DNA from: Stylophora pistillata
Taxonomy: Eukaryota
Assembly: GCF_002571385.2 (NCBI RefSeq)
Contig: NW_019218018.1
Location: 359,257 to 423,256, forward strand
Direction of reading: 5' to 3'
Length of the DNA: 64,000 nt
Positions 47,001 through 61,000 of this stretch are shown piece after piece. The stretch's first letter is position 1. The number at the start of each line of letters is the position of its first letter. A model generated the notes under the pieces. It was not told where the DNA came from. It saw only the letters and a program-made list of their open reading frames with translations, and did not search any database. The translations under genes were made by a program, and so were the position numbers.

Positions 47001-47839
47001 GTTAGTGTCAAGCCCTGGATGTTCCGTAGCAAGGCACGATGTAGAGATGTCAAGGCTTCATGTGACTTCTCATGGTGTGTCTCTTGATATGCTCTTAAAA
47101 TTCAGTAAGATGTTAAGGTAGGACCCAGTGTTGCAAGATAAAGCTTGTACCTATTCCTAGAACTGCAAAATGGAAGGAATTCCTGAGATGTGTGCTTGAT
47201 CTCAAAGAACTTGAACATGTTTGTCGCAAATTTGTCTTTTTTTTTTTTACTCCTTAGGATAGTGAAGAGGAGAAAGAAAATGATTCTGAAAATCTGACAG
47301 CATTAGAGTCTAAATCAGAAATTCTGAGCAGTGTTACTAGGTGTACAAATCCACCATTTGATAACAGCATTAATGGACAGCAGTTAGCTGAGTATTTTAT
47401 ACCCTGGTTCTACAAAATCTTGAACTCTTTCAATACCCCTTGTGACAACTCATCACAGGAATGGGGTCCACAGCATTTTTGGGAAGATGCAAAAGGATCA
47501 GTCCTTGTAGTATCTGACAGACAAGTATTCGATGAGTGCCAAGGAGCAATGGCAGTCAGTGCAAAACTTCAAGAACTTGTTTGCAAAGAAAAAATACTCT
47601 TTAATGCAAATGTCACTGGAGCAAGGGGCCAAATAGATGCTTATGGACTCGTCAAAATTTCAGTTGGAGGCACAGTACATCGATTTTCCAACTGCCTTGG
47701 AATTTTTGAACAATCCTTTGGACTAGTTCGAGACCCACAGATGCAGAATAACTGGAAAATTAAATTTACTGAGCTAAAACTGAAAGCTCAGCAGCAACAA
47801 AATGAAGTGGAAGGTTACACCAAAAAGGCCATTACATAA
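44088..47839 (+). CDS. C3orf38: C3orf38 homolog (DUF4518), 293 aa
   Basis: Exons 44088-44208, 45329-45507, 47258-47839 total 882 nt. LSDKELEGCRSIL...LTDTVTNR, AVNAILSYS...LLKRKKVKRE, WGPQHFWED, CLGIFEQSFGLVRDP...NNWKIKF. Confidence 0.9.
44665..44869. repeat. 66-bp tandem repeat x3, derived from a Penelope-like terminal segment
   Basis: Units start at 44665, 44731 and 44797. Minus strand CTGACAAAGGGCTTCTGATCAAACCGCCAGC resembles CTGACGAAGGGCTAACGCTCGAAACGTCAGC. Confidence 0.85.
45577..46537. mobile_element. hAT5-type non-autonomous transposon (5-bp TSD CATGT)
   Basis: TIR cagggctcgaa / ttcgagccctg with CATGT on both sides. Internal duplication 45673-45857 / 46160-46344 lies next to an N. Confidence 0.8.
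46829..47017. mobile_element. hAT5-type MITE (5-bp TSD GATGT)
   Basis: cagggctcaaca / tgtcaagccctg with GATGT on both sides. Confidence 0.75.
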
Positions 47840-50097
47840 AAAAGAAGGAGGATGTAATATCAGTCGACTATAGCGTTAATGTAAATGTGTAGGGCAATGA
47901 TAATAGACTGTATTTCTATTTTAGCACTGACTATAGGGCTGTTTTCTGAAATAGCAAGTTTTCCCTTTTTTTGTTACAAGAACACCCCACTAAATATATA
48001 AATTACATCAATAAGTTTGTCTTTTACACTCTGTTAATTGAATGAAAAATCTTAAAACCTTTTACTCTCAAGATTTCATTAGTAAATCTCCTATCTGTCT
48101 GCTATGTAATTCTTATGATGTGAGTTTGGAGAATTTTTTGTTGGATCAACTAACAATCCCCTAATTGACATTTTTTGTTATTCCCATCATTTGTCTGCTT
48201 GATACTGATATCTTAGGAGAAATTCTGTCTTTGTTGCTGATAGGAGTCAGAGGATCCACAAAGAAAAATATTTGAACACTAGCTTCCTTTGATGCAACCA
48301 TTTTCTGGGATATTTGTCCAAGTTTATTATTTGTTTGGAACCAAGGCTGTGAGTCTAGAGAAACAGATTACCGGTAAGTCCATGGACAAATTTTCCAAGC
48401 TATTTTTGCAACAAATGGAGAGTACTGTGTTTATTATCCTTCAAATATTTTCTGGAGCACATGCAGAAAATATCCGTAAGAAGTGAAAAGATATCTGTCA
48501 CATTAAAATATCTAATTGGCATAAAAAATCTCATGATTTTGGAAAATACTCTTAGTTCTACTACTACAAATATGTTGCTGATTTACTGCATATCCTTTGC
48601 TTATTTCAATCCCATTGACATTTTGTTGGCACATTTTTTGTAAACAAAATTTTTTCAACCCCATGAAAAAACATCTCTTTTTGATAATGAGGAATTCACC
48701 AATGAATTTAGTCATGGTAAAGTGGTGTCTTTCTGTGTTGCCATCATGCTGTGGTACAATTTTTTGTTGTCATCTTCACTAGACACAAAAATAGTTTGTA
48801 AAGTTGAAATGCATTTAGTTGAGAAATGAATTTGTGTTTTTCTCTTAACTCAAAAACTGACAAGGTGTAGTAAACAAGTTGACGACCAACATGTTGACCG
48901 ACACGTCGGACGTCGTGACACATCGGCTGACACTACATTCGGCCGGCTGACGGCCAACGGGTTGACCAAAGTATCGGCCGACGTATTGTTTGGATTGGAA
49001 TCGTTTAACCTTTCCCCAAATTATCCGTTACCAAAAAAATGACAAACATTATTTCAAAGTAGATGACCCCAATAATTTGAAGCAGACAGACTAGAAACAT
49101 CTATTTGATTTTGTTTATTTGCTTGTCTTTGCCTCTTGGCCTTATTGAGAAGGAAGGACATGATGAAAAGCTTGATGGGTAAAATTATGGTTCATTGTGT
49201 TGTTTTCTGTAAGCTTAAGTCAGGCGTGAACTTGGAAATGAATAGAAATTGAGACTGTACTTAGCTATGGTTTCTAAGCAGTTAGGCACTCATTTTACAA
49301 TCGAGTGAGGACTGCGTGACCGTACCTGACAAAATATCGAAACTTCGGGAGGAGGATAATCACAAGAAATAAAGAAACAAAATGTTATTACCCAGCATCC
49401 GTGCCTTTTATAGTACTTTCAACTGAGGGTTTCAGTCTCAGCTGCGAGCTGTTATGATGCAAGAGGACAACGACACAACCAGCTTAGTCTGGGCTTATCC
49501 GGAAAAAAAATATGCATTACTCCGCCAACGATTACTGAATATGGCAAGGAAAATAAAAGTTAATTTTAGGTATCAATCGATCACGACTCAACTCCGATAC
49601 AAAACCTAAAGAGAAATTTTAAAAGGCTTTCATAACAATTTGTCTTAGTTTCTATTTATTTTGCAAGCTGTGATTATGGATTTAGATAATTCTACGATTT
49701 TTTATGCACGTTTCAGAGAAGAAAATTTTAATTTTGACAAATCCATCTTGAAATTAACCCCAAACAGACATGGACTTTGATAGCTTTATAGCTAATCTGG
49801 TAGGTGTAACGATAGTAACGTGACTGCTACTATCCAAATATAATCACCCAACCTACAGCCAAATAAGTGGAAAACAAACCACTTCCTAATCATTTTCGTC
49901 GAGAGTTGTTTGTCAATCTGCGAGTTCCGGGAGGTCAGCCAATCAGAGAACATTCCATAAATAGGACCCAGTACGTATTTATACGATTCGATCAGCAACA
50001 ATAATTTAGTGTCATGTTAGTCAGTACGATTTGCCGTGTTCAAAGAACAGGAAGGTAATTTCAGTGCAACATACATCCTCATTGTCAAAAACAAAGA

Positions 50098-53000
50098 ATG
50101 CATCCTCCTAGCGCTACTTTTCTAGGTGGACTCCGCGTGTACAAGATTGTTCTTCTTGGAGAGGGCGGCGTAGGGAAATCAGGTGGGTTTGTACACCGGT
50201 TCACTGGAGGAATTCGCGAACAAACACTTGTAGAAGGAGCAGTGTTGATCGTTAAAAACAAATCGCATCCTAGATGAGTTTGCCGAGTGGATTGAAGTTT
50301 AGTATTGATCTGAAACTCCAGCTAAATTTATCTGCAAGAAATATTATTAGGGAAGAACAAAATCAGAAATAGTGGAAATTGAAAGCGAAAAGGCTGTCTG
50401 TTTGCTCTTACGCGCCTTTTAGCTTAGTTAATTATAAAATACTTGGAATACCTCAAAGCTATAACGTCTGTTTGTCTCAGGTAAACGCTGCCTGTTTTGC
50501 CATCTCGCATACATGTTATGTTGTCTAGTGAGCTTGGAATCTCAACTCGTTTGATCTGATCACATTTTTCCCGCTTGTGCAAACAACTCGCTCTGGTGAA
50601 ATGTATACATGGCTGTGATCAATGGAACGAAACAAGTTATTACCTGCATGTTAAAATTGTTTTCAAGTTGATTTCACAAAAATTCGCTGTTTAAATAGAC
50701 TTTTAATCAAAATATTTGTCAAGAAATTATTGTCATGGGGAAATTTTATGCAGCTCAGTAAAATCTGCCTCATCATCGGATGTGTTGAACGGAGTTGTTA
50801 TTTTGACAGCGAAACAATATCATCGCCGTTGTTTTGTGACCCATAACGTAATTAACTTCACATCCCAAGATAAACAACCGTATCTCTAGTACTCTCTTTT
50901 ATTACTTTGTTTTTCTGAATCGCGTGTTTTTGAATAACGAAATTTTCTTAAATACATATTTTAGGGTCTTGGTGAGTGGGAAATTTTAAAGCAGAGTCCG
51001 CCAAAGATTCTGAAACTTCAACTTGCTTTCATCAAACAGGCGCCCCTCTTTATCAATCGAAGTTGTTTTGATACAAGTTGTTTTGATGAAAGCTGCGAGA
51101 TTAAATCGATAAAGCGCGAAAAATGCATGCAATGTTCAATTTAGTTAAGAGTGCACCTTGTCCACGAATGTTTACTCGGGTAGGAGCAATTAAAGCTAAT
51201 TAGCGCCTCCAACTTCCTCAAAATTTTTATTTACTTCGTTGTTGAGACTGGTCCAAACCGTAGATGAAATCGGCTTTCAGGATGCATATTTATATCTGAG
51301 ATATGAAATTATAATTTTTCTTTACCTTACAAACAAGATGTGCTAGTTCTTAATGTAAATATATATCACATCAGATGAAGTAACTGTTTTTGAAAAGTAA
51401 CATTTTATATCATATCGTTTACAACTTCTGCATTTTGTTCAGGGTTCCGATTTAGAGGGACTTGGTTAACTGTACAGTAAACATGAAGCTGTTCTCTGTA
51501 CTTTTGAAATTAAGCCCTAAAGACGTCAACTTAACCCATTTCCTACCACAAATCCCAAGAATTTGTTGTTATATATTAAGACTATATGCCCAAGTTAACG
51601 ATTTTGTTCATTCTCAAGACTTGTCTGTTGTAATTTATCAGAAATTGTACTAGTTGGCCGTGCAACCAACTATCAAAAAAAAAATAGCAAGACCTTTAGG
51701 ACTTCTGGGAAAAGAAAGAGCATGTACAAAATGATCAGTGAGAAAAGTGATAATTTAAAACAATTGTTGAAAAAAACTAGAAATACCAGGTCCATGTGCT
51801 CATTGTAAATTTTCTGCCTGAAAAAAAATTTAAAGGTCAGAAAACTACAAATACTAAATGAGATACAAAAAGAGCAAGATATATGAAGAAATAACCATAA
51901 AATGAATCTTTGGACAAGAAGATTACATGAGAGTGGTTTAAAGAAAGTCACTAGACTTTTTCTCTTTCCTGTAGGCATAGCCAAGAAAACATGAGCAGGT
52001 GGAGTTAATTTCCTATGCTATTTTCCTCTTTTTTATTTATTTTTTTTTATAATTCAATTTTCACAGAGTGAAGGGGCAGATCCTAATTTTTAATCTAGGG
52101 GAGAGCAGACAAATCATTTAGATCTATCCAGTTGCTCTTGTTACTAATAGTATTTTTTTGTATTTTATTTAGTACCCTTCTTTTAAAAATGGAAATACAT
52201 GGATATTTACACTTCATTTATTTCATTTGGCAGCTCTAACCATGCAGTTTGTATCTCACTGTTATGTGGATTACCATGATCCTACTATTGGTGAGTAAAC
52301 ATTGCTAGGAACTAAAGGCTGGTTTTCACCGCCAACGGGGTTGGAGTCCTAGTTGTACTTAGAGTCGTAAGAGCACCTCTGACTTAGTAAAAATGGAAAA
52401 TCTGAGTCATAAGTAAGCCAGTTTTTTACTGGATTTTAAGGGATGCAGTCAAAAGCAAGATCATTTTTTTTCCATACCACTGGCCTGATTTTCTCTGGAT
52501 TGTAGCACTCAGCACTTATGATTGTGACTTTGACTTGAACTCCGTACTAAGTGAAAACCAGCCTTAAGCCTTATCCCCAAACCACAGAGATTATTTTGAG
52601 GGCACAATGCTGAAAAAATTATTAACTTTTATACATTTGCTTTGATTGTTACCATTTAGAAGACGCATATCAGCGTCAAGCTGTCATTGATGGGGAGTCT
52701 GGATTGTTGGATATCTTAGACACAGCTGGACAGGTAGATACAAACAACAAATGCTGAGATAGGTGAAAAAAAAAAAGGAACACGCTATGAATACTAGTTG
52801 TGTAAAGAAAACATTATCGTTCTTTGATTGTGGAAAAAATGAGACAGTTTTGAGTCAAAATTGGAGACCAAAATTTATCATAGAAAGTATTAGGTTGCAG
52901 CTCTAAAATGAGCCCCAGAATTTCTTTAAGAGGCAATTTTTTTTATGCCAGATCTATTGAGAGGTACATTTGGAACATTTTGAGCACCATTAGTTAAAAG

Positions 53001-53678
53001 AGCGAAGGTTCCCTCTAAGAATTGTTGGCAAACAGTGAGGGGATTACTAATGAGATCTTCAGAGTGAAAAAGTCAATTCATTCCCAAGATAAGGAAGTCA
53101 TCAGAAGCTCAGCTTTTATAGAATAGCAGCAGTTATTAAACCTAAAACAAATTGTTAATTCTGAACAGGCTAGAGTTCACAGTAATTTGATTATCATGAA
53201 TTTTTCCTAACACTGGTACCAGCAGTAGAATACAAAATTGTTTTTGTTCAACTTGCAGCAAGAGTTCACAGCCATGAGGGAGCAGTATATGCGTAGTGGT
53301 GAAGGATTTGTCATAATGTATTCCATAACAGACAGACAAAGCTTTCTTGAAGCAGCCCAGGCAAAGAGGCAAATTGAAAGAGTTCGAAGAGCAGAGGTAA
53401 TACCAATGGTCTTGGTTGCAAACAAAATGGACTTAGAGAGCAAAAGAGAGGTGACTACTGAAGAGGGCCAAGAATTAGCAGCTCAGTTTGACTGTCCATT
53501 CTTTGAAACATCTGCAGCCTTAAGGCACTGTGTGGATGATGTTTTCCACACTTTGATAAGACAGATACGGACAAAGGAACGATTGGGTATGAAGTTAGCT
53601 CAAAAGGACAAGAAACTTCGTCACAGGGCAAGCACAATTGTACAGAATTTCTTCAGACGTCAGAAGAAAAGGGTGTAA
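50098..53678 (+). CDS. RIT1: RIT/RIN-family Ras-like GTPase, 211 aa
   Basis: Exons 50098-50182, 52234-52290, 52660-52733, 53259-53678 total 636 nt. [11 protein letters not shown]-type effector loop DYHDPTIED, DTAGQ, NKMD, ETSAA, and a polybasic C-terminus without CAAX. Confidence 0.95.
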
Positions 53679-56600
53679 TTGTATCAGGACAAGAGGTTGT
53701 TGACTGAAAATAATATCGCATTTGTGTTTATAGAGTATTGTTATTTGTATTGAATAGGTTAAAATCATTAATTGTAAATTGCAAATGAGATTTTTTCCAC
53801 ATACTGTGGCCTTTTTGGAGATATAGTTATGAATTGTATTATGAAAAGTTAATGTTAAAAATTAGAGAAATTCTCATGGAATCTATTTGCCTTTCGAGGG
53901 TGTTTTAAGCATGGATATGATTTGTGAAAGTTCTATCAAACCAATGGTTGTCAATCTATCTTTGAAAATTTCAAAAGATTAGATTTCAATCTCTAGTAAA
54001 CAAAAATTACAAAATTTCTGAGGCTCTAGGTCAGAATTATATCATAGTGGGACATTGGAAGTTCACACCCAGAAAACTTGTGAAAAAAAAAAGTTATGCG
54101 ATACAAAAAAAATCCTCATCATTTTTATATGTTCCGTTTCAGAAACAAACAGAAACTGATCACAGGTCATGTATAATTGTCATAATTAAGTGACAACAGT
54201 AGCTGTAGTGGCTATGTAGCTAAGTTTTGACACTTTTTCTTGTAAATATCACTGTTAATATACTATCATTGCATGCTAATGATTAGATTAAATTGTAAAT
54301 TTGCTCATTAAGTTGAACTAGGAGAGCCAAGCTAGGAGCAAAATATTTACACAAAGCAGAAATCGAGCAAAGGGGTAACTCAGAAATGGGCACCTTCAAA
54401 GGCCATGAAAGACTTTCAAAAAGTCAAGTGTAACTTAAGAATTTCATCAATTTTGTACCTCCCAGGATTAAATTATTTTTAAGATCCTGTCATTTCTGGA
54501 ACCATTTGATCAGGCTAAGTGAAAAATGAGGTTCCCCAGCAAATTCTTTGCTCTTTGATCTTGCATTGTGACTGTAAGAGTTGAAGTAAGTCTCAAATTG
54601 CTTTAATGTACAATGCTCGCTGCTTTTGTCTAGAAATTCAGTCAGTCCATTTTTTAATTGCTCTTCAAAGTTAAACAATAATTGGCTACTTCTTTCCCTG
54701 TGTTTCTTATCATACAAGTCATTAGAGACCAGCAAAAAATGAACTCACATCTGGCAAACCGTTAGAGCAATAAGCATAGAAAGAGCATGCAGCACCAACT
54801 CAGTTTGGAAATTTCTATTGACTTGCATGATAGACCACACTAAGAGAGATGGAATATGTATACTCTACTTCAGTTTGAACAGGTGCAGTATACTTAATCA
54901 ATCACCTCATTAGAAAATAATAACAGGTGCAAGAGAAGTTTTCTTCTTTTGACTGGGGCCCTTGATCCAATAAATCCTAAAGATGACCAGCATCAAATTT
55001 CTCCTTACAGAGTATGGAGAATAAGGTGTAAATGGTTAAATGAAAGAGAATAATTCCTTCAAATTGATGAGGTGATTATTTAACCTGTAACATTACAGTT
55101 ATTTCCAAAATATTTTTGAGCAAGGCAGGGTAAGCAGGTTTATTTTTCTTCTAAGTAGGTAAGGATCATTTGCTAGAAATGAGAAATGTACAGTATTTTA
55201 ATGATATTGTAATTTAAAAACTGTTGTATCATAGTGGTTGTAAGCTTTCTTTTTATCTGTATATGTTGCTAAATAGCTTTATTACTGATACATTAAACGC
55301 TGTGACCAATGATCTTGTCCAATGCGTTTATTTCAATTTTGAGTAAAGTTACAGTGTTCTTGGGTGGGTCCAGGGGCCCTTTCTCAAAAGTCCCAGTAAC
55401 TTCATAAGCCCATGTTTTAAAATCAAAATTTAAAAATTTGAGCTGGTAGTCTTGTTTTATAAAATTAAAACTTCAAAAACCCCCATTTTGAATGAAAACA
55501 GAAAGGGTCCATTTTATTACCAGGACTTTGGAGAAATGAGCTTCTGAGCTGGGACCTTTCTTTGGTGCAATTTTTTAATATTTATTTGAATCCTTTGATT
55601 CTCAGAGGCAGCCATTATCTTAAATGAATTAAAATTCTAAGATTGTATCAACCAAACAGGTATTGATATAGAAAAAATGTAATTACAGATAGCTAACAAA
55701 GAGAATACTGGTTGTCGGCGAGGAGGGCAAAACGGTTGAAATAGGGTTTCATGATTGTAAGTGCTATGAGTACTGGATGAGGTTTCGACAGTGCGTCTTG
55801 CGACCAAAGGCACGTTGACTTAAAGTTCCTTTCCTACATAACTTTCGTTCCACTTGTTACCGGTTTCCCATACCTTAGAATTTGTTCCTTTTAGAGCATG
55901 TTGGCTTTTCTCAATTTTCTTCAAAGACCAAGCAAGTACCATTCCTCTTTTCACATCTAGATTCAGCTCTCGAGTTCAACAGGCAAATCTGTCGAAATCT
56001 GAGCACTTTTATCAGGATAAAGAGGATAAAAGTCTTTAAAAATCATGTATTGTTCCTTTTAGAGAACTAGCATTAGCCTTGTGCAAAATTTGTGGGAAAA
56101 CCGTCAGATCTAGCGAGAAGCACCCGGTCGTCGGGATCAGGATGCACGCGATTTACCTCGTAGTTACCCTGAGGTCCCAATGGATCTCGGGGAACATCCA
56201 GGGGTCAAAGTTTAGCGCACGCTTAGTCCATATTTATGACGTCATAAGAGGGAAAGGAAAATCATATCTACTTTTCTAATTAATTCACTGTCGTGTATGT
56301 CAACGCCAAAACGATGTCTCACAAGCATATCACCAAGAAGACAAAATTTGTTCCCGTGAAGATCTGCCGAGCAACTTTGTGTTCACCTATCGACCACAAA
56401 TGATGACAGAGGTTAGTTATTTATCTTTAAAAGTTTTAAAGATTTGTTTTTAAGTTTCAGACTGCTTCTTTGTTGTGAGATTGAGAGTTGAAGTAAAAAA
56501 TCCTAGAGAGATTTACCCTGCTCCAATGAAGGTCTAACTGACGCACCAGACGTCCACTTTCCAAATTTCGCGATGCTGTCTTTGTACCTACTTTTGTCAA

Positions 56601-58022
56601 GTTCTAGTTAAACAATCAAACCGTTGGGCATACGCCAAGGGATCAATTTTGGCCGCCCGCGGGCCAATTTTCCACGCCAAATTTTCAAGCCACTGCCTCC
56701 CTGCTATAGGCGAAATAAATTTGAAACCCTCATAGATATCTGCAAAAGGAAACAAGAGTAGGGAAAATGAAACTCAAGACTTTCGAACACAAACTTTCAT
56801 TTAAAAGAGTAAAGTAATCGTTTGTCTCGCGATACTTGGGATGTTGCTCGCGACGTTTCGACTGCTGAAGAAGACTTGAAGTTCATCCAAAGTTTCATCC
56901 GCGGTTTCATCTGGAGTTTCATTCGAAGTTCATCTGAAGTTTCCGCTTAAGAAACTAATAACCGCGTATCTTCCTTCCTTCCGTGCTTAGTGCCGTGCCT
57001 AATACACTCAGAAAAAAGCAAAATTGACACTTCCACTAAACGTCAAAGCGTTTTTAAAACAGCAGATTCAGCACAACACCATATAAAAATATACATTTAT
57101 TTCACATAAAGGATCCAAGAAAACTTTAAAATTTTACTTCTTCGTAACAGAAGTAGTATCAATGTGATGATAGCTTCCATCCAATTCTCTATGTTATTGG
57201 GTGTTTGAAAAATTACTTTTTAGCAATTTGCTTGGTTTAATTTAAATGCTTTGTACATCCAATAACATAATAGTAATAGTACTAATATTATAATGCTAGA
57301 AACCAAAATAATAATTCATTATTTCATCTGCCTCTGCAAACAAGTTATATCACAATATGTTTCACTGAATTATTTTTAATTTGATTAAAATCTTTAGCTA
57401 ATCGTAACAATATTACTATCTATATCCCTCTAAACCTTTTTCAGATGTGAGTATATTTATAGGGTAGTTGATGGCTATGAAAATATATGATTAAAATTGC
57501 AATTTTCTGCAACCAAAATTTTTTTGAGTGAAGTAGTACCTGTTAGGTTTTCACGTTAAATAAAGGCTTGAAAACTACAAAACTTTTGACAAAACTTTGT
57601 TGTACAAACTTAAGTGTCTCATCAAGAGAATATGGACAGGTTTCGTTCTGAAATGTAAAGAATACGGTGTTTAGAAATAAGACTTACGTTAACATGATCG
57701 ATGAGGACGGGGCTAGAAACATTTGCTTTCAAAAAATAAAACCTTTCTGGACCGCAAAGATCGAATACAATTTTACTTTGCTGTCCAAATTTTTTTCAAA
57801 TTAGTCAAAATGTTTCTCAAGTTTCTTGCTTTTTTAATTAAAATAGGTGTAATCTTCGTACTTTTTAAGAGCAGATCGCCTTACACACAAATATGTGTAT
57901 TAGGTCTTTCTACCTTTCTTTTATAACTGTTAGAGTAAAGATTAATTAAATAATTGTGTATTTTCTAAACTAATAACAGTTCACGATTGAAATATAAAGC
58001 GATACTCATTTTCCATCGAATT

Positions 58023-61000
58023 TTAAAGTCTGTCATCTTCGTCTTCTATAAGAGACCGGTTGCATTCTTCATCAGTTTCATTGCCAGCATTAGGTTTTAC
58101 ACTAGTGTAGTATTTCAGCCTCCTTTTGGAGCGAAACTGAAGAATCCCAAATACGACAAGAAAAGCTACAATTGCTAGTGACACAACTGCAATGGCTATT
58201 GCCGATAAACCAGTCTTTCCTGGATCCTCGAGCACAAATTTTAGTGCACTATCATTTGGATACTGTACAGAGCGATTTTTGTCAATAGCTGATGATTTAC
58301 ATTGTCTTCCACATGGATGGCAAGATCTTGTTTGTTCCTCAACGGAATGATTGGGCGAACACTGCACAACACACATTCCACGCTCAAGGTAAAGCGGACT
58401 TTTACATAAGCGACAATTATCTGAAGAGGAACCATAACAAGAATGACAGACTGGATGACACGCTAGACACTGATGAATACCATACTGCTCCGTAAGAAAT
58501 GATCCATCGGGACAGCTATTGACACAAGTAAAATTGTAGAATACTTTGCCCTGTGCGCAACTAAGACAGTTGAAGCTACCTGGGCCATTGCAGGATCTGC
58601 AATTTGGATGACACTTCTCACATTTTCCTTCTATAGAAAATTGTCCGTCAGGGCAGATTGAGCCGCACCTTCCTTTGTTTTCACTTTGAACTAAGTCTTT
58701 AGCACATGATAAGCAATTATCTGCACCAGCACCAGAACACGTCTCGCAGGTTGGGTGACATCTCTCACAGAAGCCTGTATCCCGATTTGGAAATGTTCCA
58801 TGGGGGCATTCCTTTAGGCACGAAAAGCCGACAAGACTTGTATCGGGTTTGCTGCATGCGATGCAGTCATTTGATGTGGGTCCAATGCATCTTGAACAAG
58901 AAGCGTGACATTTTACACACTTCTGACGACTGTCATCCAATACCCAGCCATGTTTGGGACACTCTCTGATACAGTAGTGCTTAAAGAGCACAAATGGTGG
59001 CGTACATCTTGTGCAATTTCTGAGGCCATTCCCTGCAAAATAATTGGATTAAAGATAATCAACGTATTATGATAGATTGATTAACATTTACTCTTTAGAA
59101 CTTCGACACATGTAGGAGCGATAACATTGTAATTCGAACCTGTGAGCCAAAGTGGTAACCTGAGTCTAAATGTGGACAAAATGGTCTACCGATGTTAGCA
59201 TAGCCCCTCAATCTTTGAGAAATTTTCTAATGTTCTCTCATTTCGCATTGTAAGTATAATGGTTTACAAACATAACTGAATATTGCTGGATTAAATATTA
59301 GCACTTTCAATAGTTATCTTAATATGTGGACAGTTGTAAACCTTAGAAAAAAATCTACATGTAAACGTACCTCCTTCACAGGTTGAACAGTAGTAATCAC
59401 ATCGCTGGCAACTACTGACTTCTCTGTCAAAGTAATAGTCAGAAGGACAAGATGCTAAACATCTTGAGTACGCCATAACAGACGCGGGATGACACATTGT
59501 ACATTGATCCACATTGGGTCCCGTGCAAGACTTGCATGATGAATGGCAGGATACACAACTCTTAGTTCCTGGCAAAAGATATGTTCCAATTGGGCAGATA
59601 CTGACACATTTTCCAGCACTCAAAACCTCGTGCTCTTTGCACCGGACACAGTTGTTGGAAGATCTCACACATTCCTTGCACATGGCATCGCAAGGTTCAC
59701 ATGAGTTGGTTTTGCTACGATATTGGCCTGCTGGGCACTGTGTTCGACATGAATTAGCAACAAGCAATAAACCTGGCTCACAGGACAAACATTCAACTCC
59801 GTTTATACACTTGTTGCATCCAGGGGAGCATGGTTTACATCTTGTTGTATCCAGATCACCGAAATAACGATCTGGACACTCATAGGAACAATGTTTTGTT
59901 TGCAAATCCAGAAACTTTATATCACTGCAGCTGAGACAGTCTTTTTCACTTGGACCAGAGCATGCATGGCACAGAGGATGGCACTTCTGACAGCCGTTAC
60001 TACTATTAAACCTGCCTCTCGGACAAAGAGGTTTGCATTCAGAGCCATCAAGCGACCAGTCAGCTGTAAAAAGAATAAAGTTTAGAAAGGCGTTATAATA
60101 AAAGAAGAGCTTCCCTGGTCCTAAAACGTTTTTAATCCAGTTTTATTTATTGTAACATCGTGACAATGAGTGGTTAATTAAGAAATGGAAATTGTGGAAA
60201 GGCATTTGAATAAAGAGTACACAGGCATAACATATAAATCCTGATTAGACAATTAGGGTAAACGCGTCCCCTTACAAACGGGATCAATCAATAGAACTGT
60301 TCCGAGGAGAATTGTCGGAAGAGAATCCTTTATTTTCCTATTTCTGCCATCGTTTTCATCATTTTTAAATCTCAAGACCCCCTTGAGCTCCACATAAAAA
60401 CGAGAAAGTTCACAGACTAACACGAAGATTAGCATTGAAACAAAATACCTCTACAAGTCTGGCAGTCACTGGCAGACGGTCCACGGCATGTTTCACAATT
60501 TGTGTGGCACGATTCACAAGTATGAGTATTTTGGCTGTGGAACGTTCCATCTGGACATTTGGTGACACATGCGGATCCAGCCAAAACATTCGAAAGAGCG
60601 CAAGAGAAGCAGTGGTCGCTTTCCTCACCAAAGCATGTCTGACATGCTGGATTACAAGGGAAACAGCTGTGCAAAGAACAAGGTAGCGCGAATGATGATT
60701 CTTATGAAGCTGTACAAATAGTTACAAATTACTGTAAATCACAAGAATCAGCTTGCTCTGCAATACTTTTTCTATTACAAAAACCTTTTGAAAATTAAGC
60801 TTTTCCCCAACACATTACTTGTCAAGCCTAACCTGGAGTTCCTTGGGAAGGTTCCCTCAGGACAACGTATCAAGCACTGCGATTTGTACGAAACAAATCC
60901 TTCTGAACAAGACTGACACTCGAGGCCCGAGGAATGACTGCAAGAAGCACACCCAACCGGGCAATTTTCACAAATCCATGAGGTGACGTTTGGAAATGTG

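Larger units (their letters stand above)
6637..48250. mobile_element. Dispersed ~200-bp MITE family with TTAACCCTTTA...TAAAGGGTTAA ends (about 10 copies)
   Basis: Related copies near 6637, 9133, 13265, 15130, 40120, 40790, 42117, 43030, 46590 and 48055 share ccaaattctc / tcaagcagaca / gtgatgagaat cores. Coordinates span the first to last copy, not one element. Confidence 0.7.

Noticed and set aside
54000-57900. Short ORFs and a 12-bp periodic stretch (56878-56943) between RIT and PCSK
   Set aside because: No recognisable domains or consistent splice structure; most likely 3' UTRs and repeat remnants.
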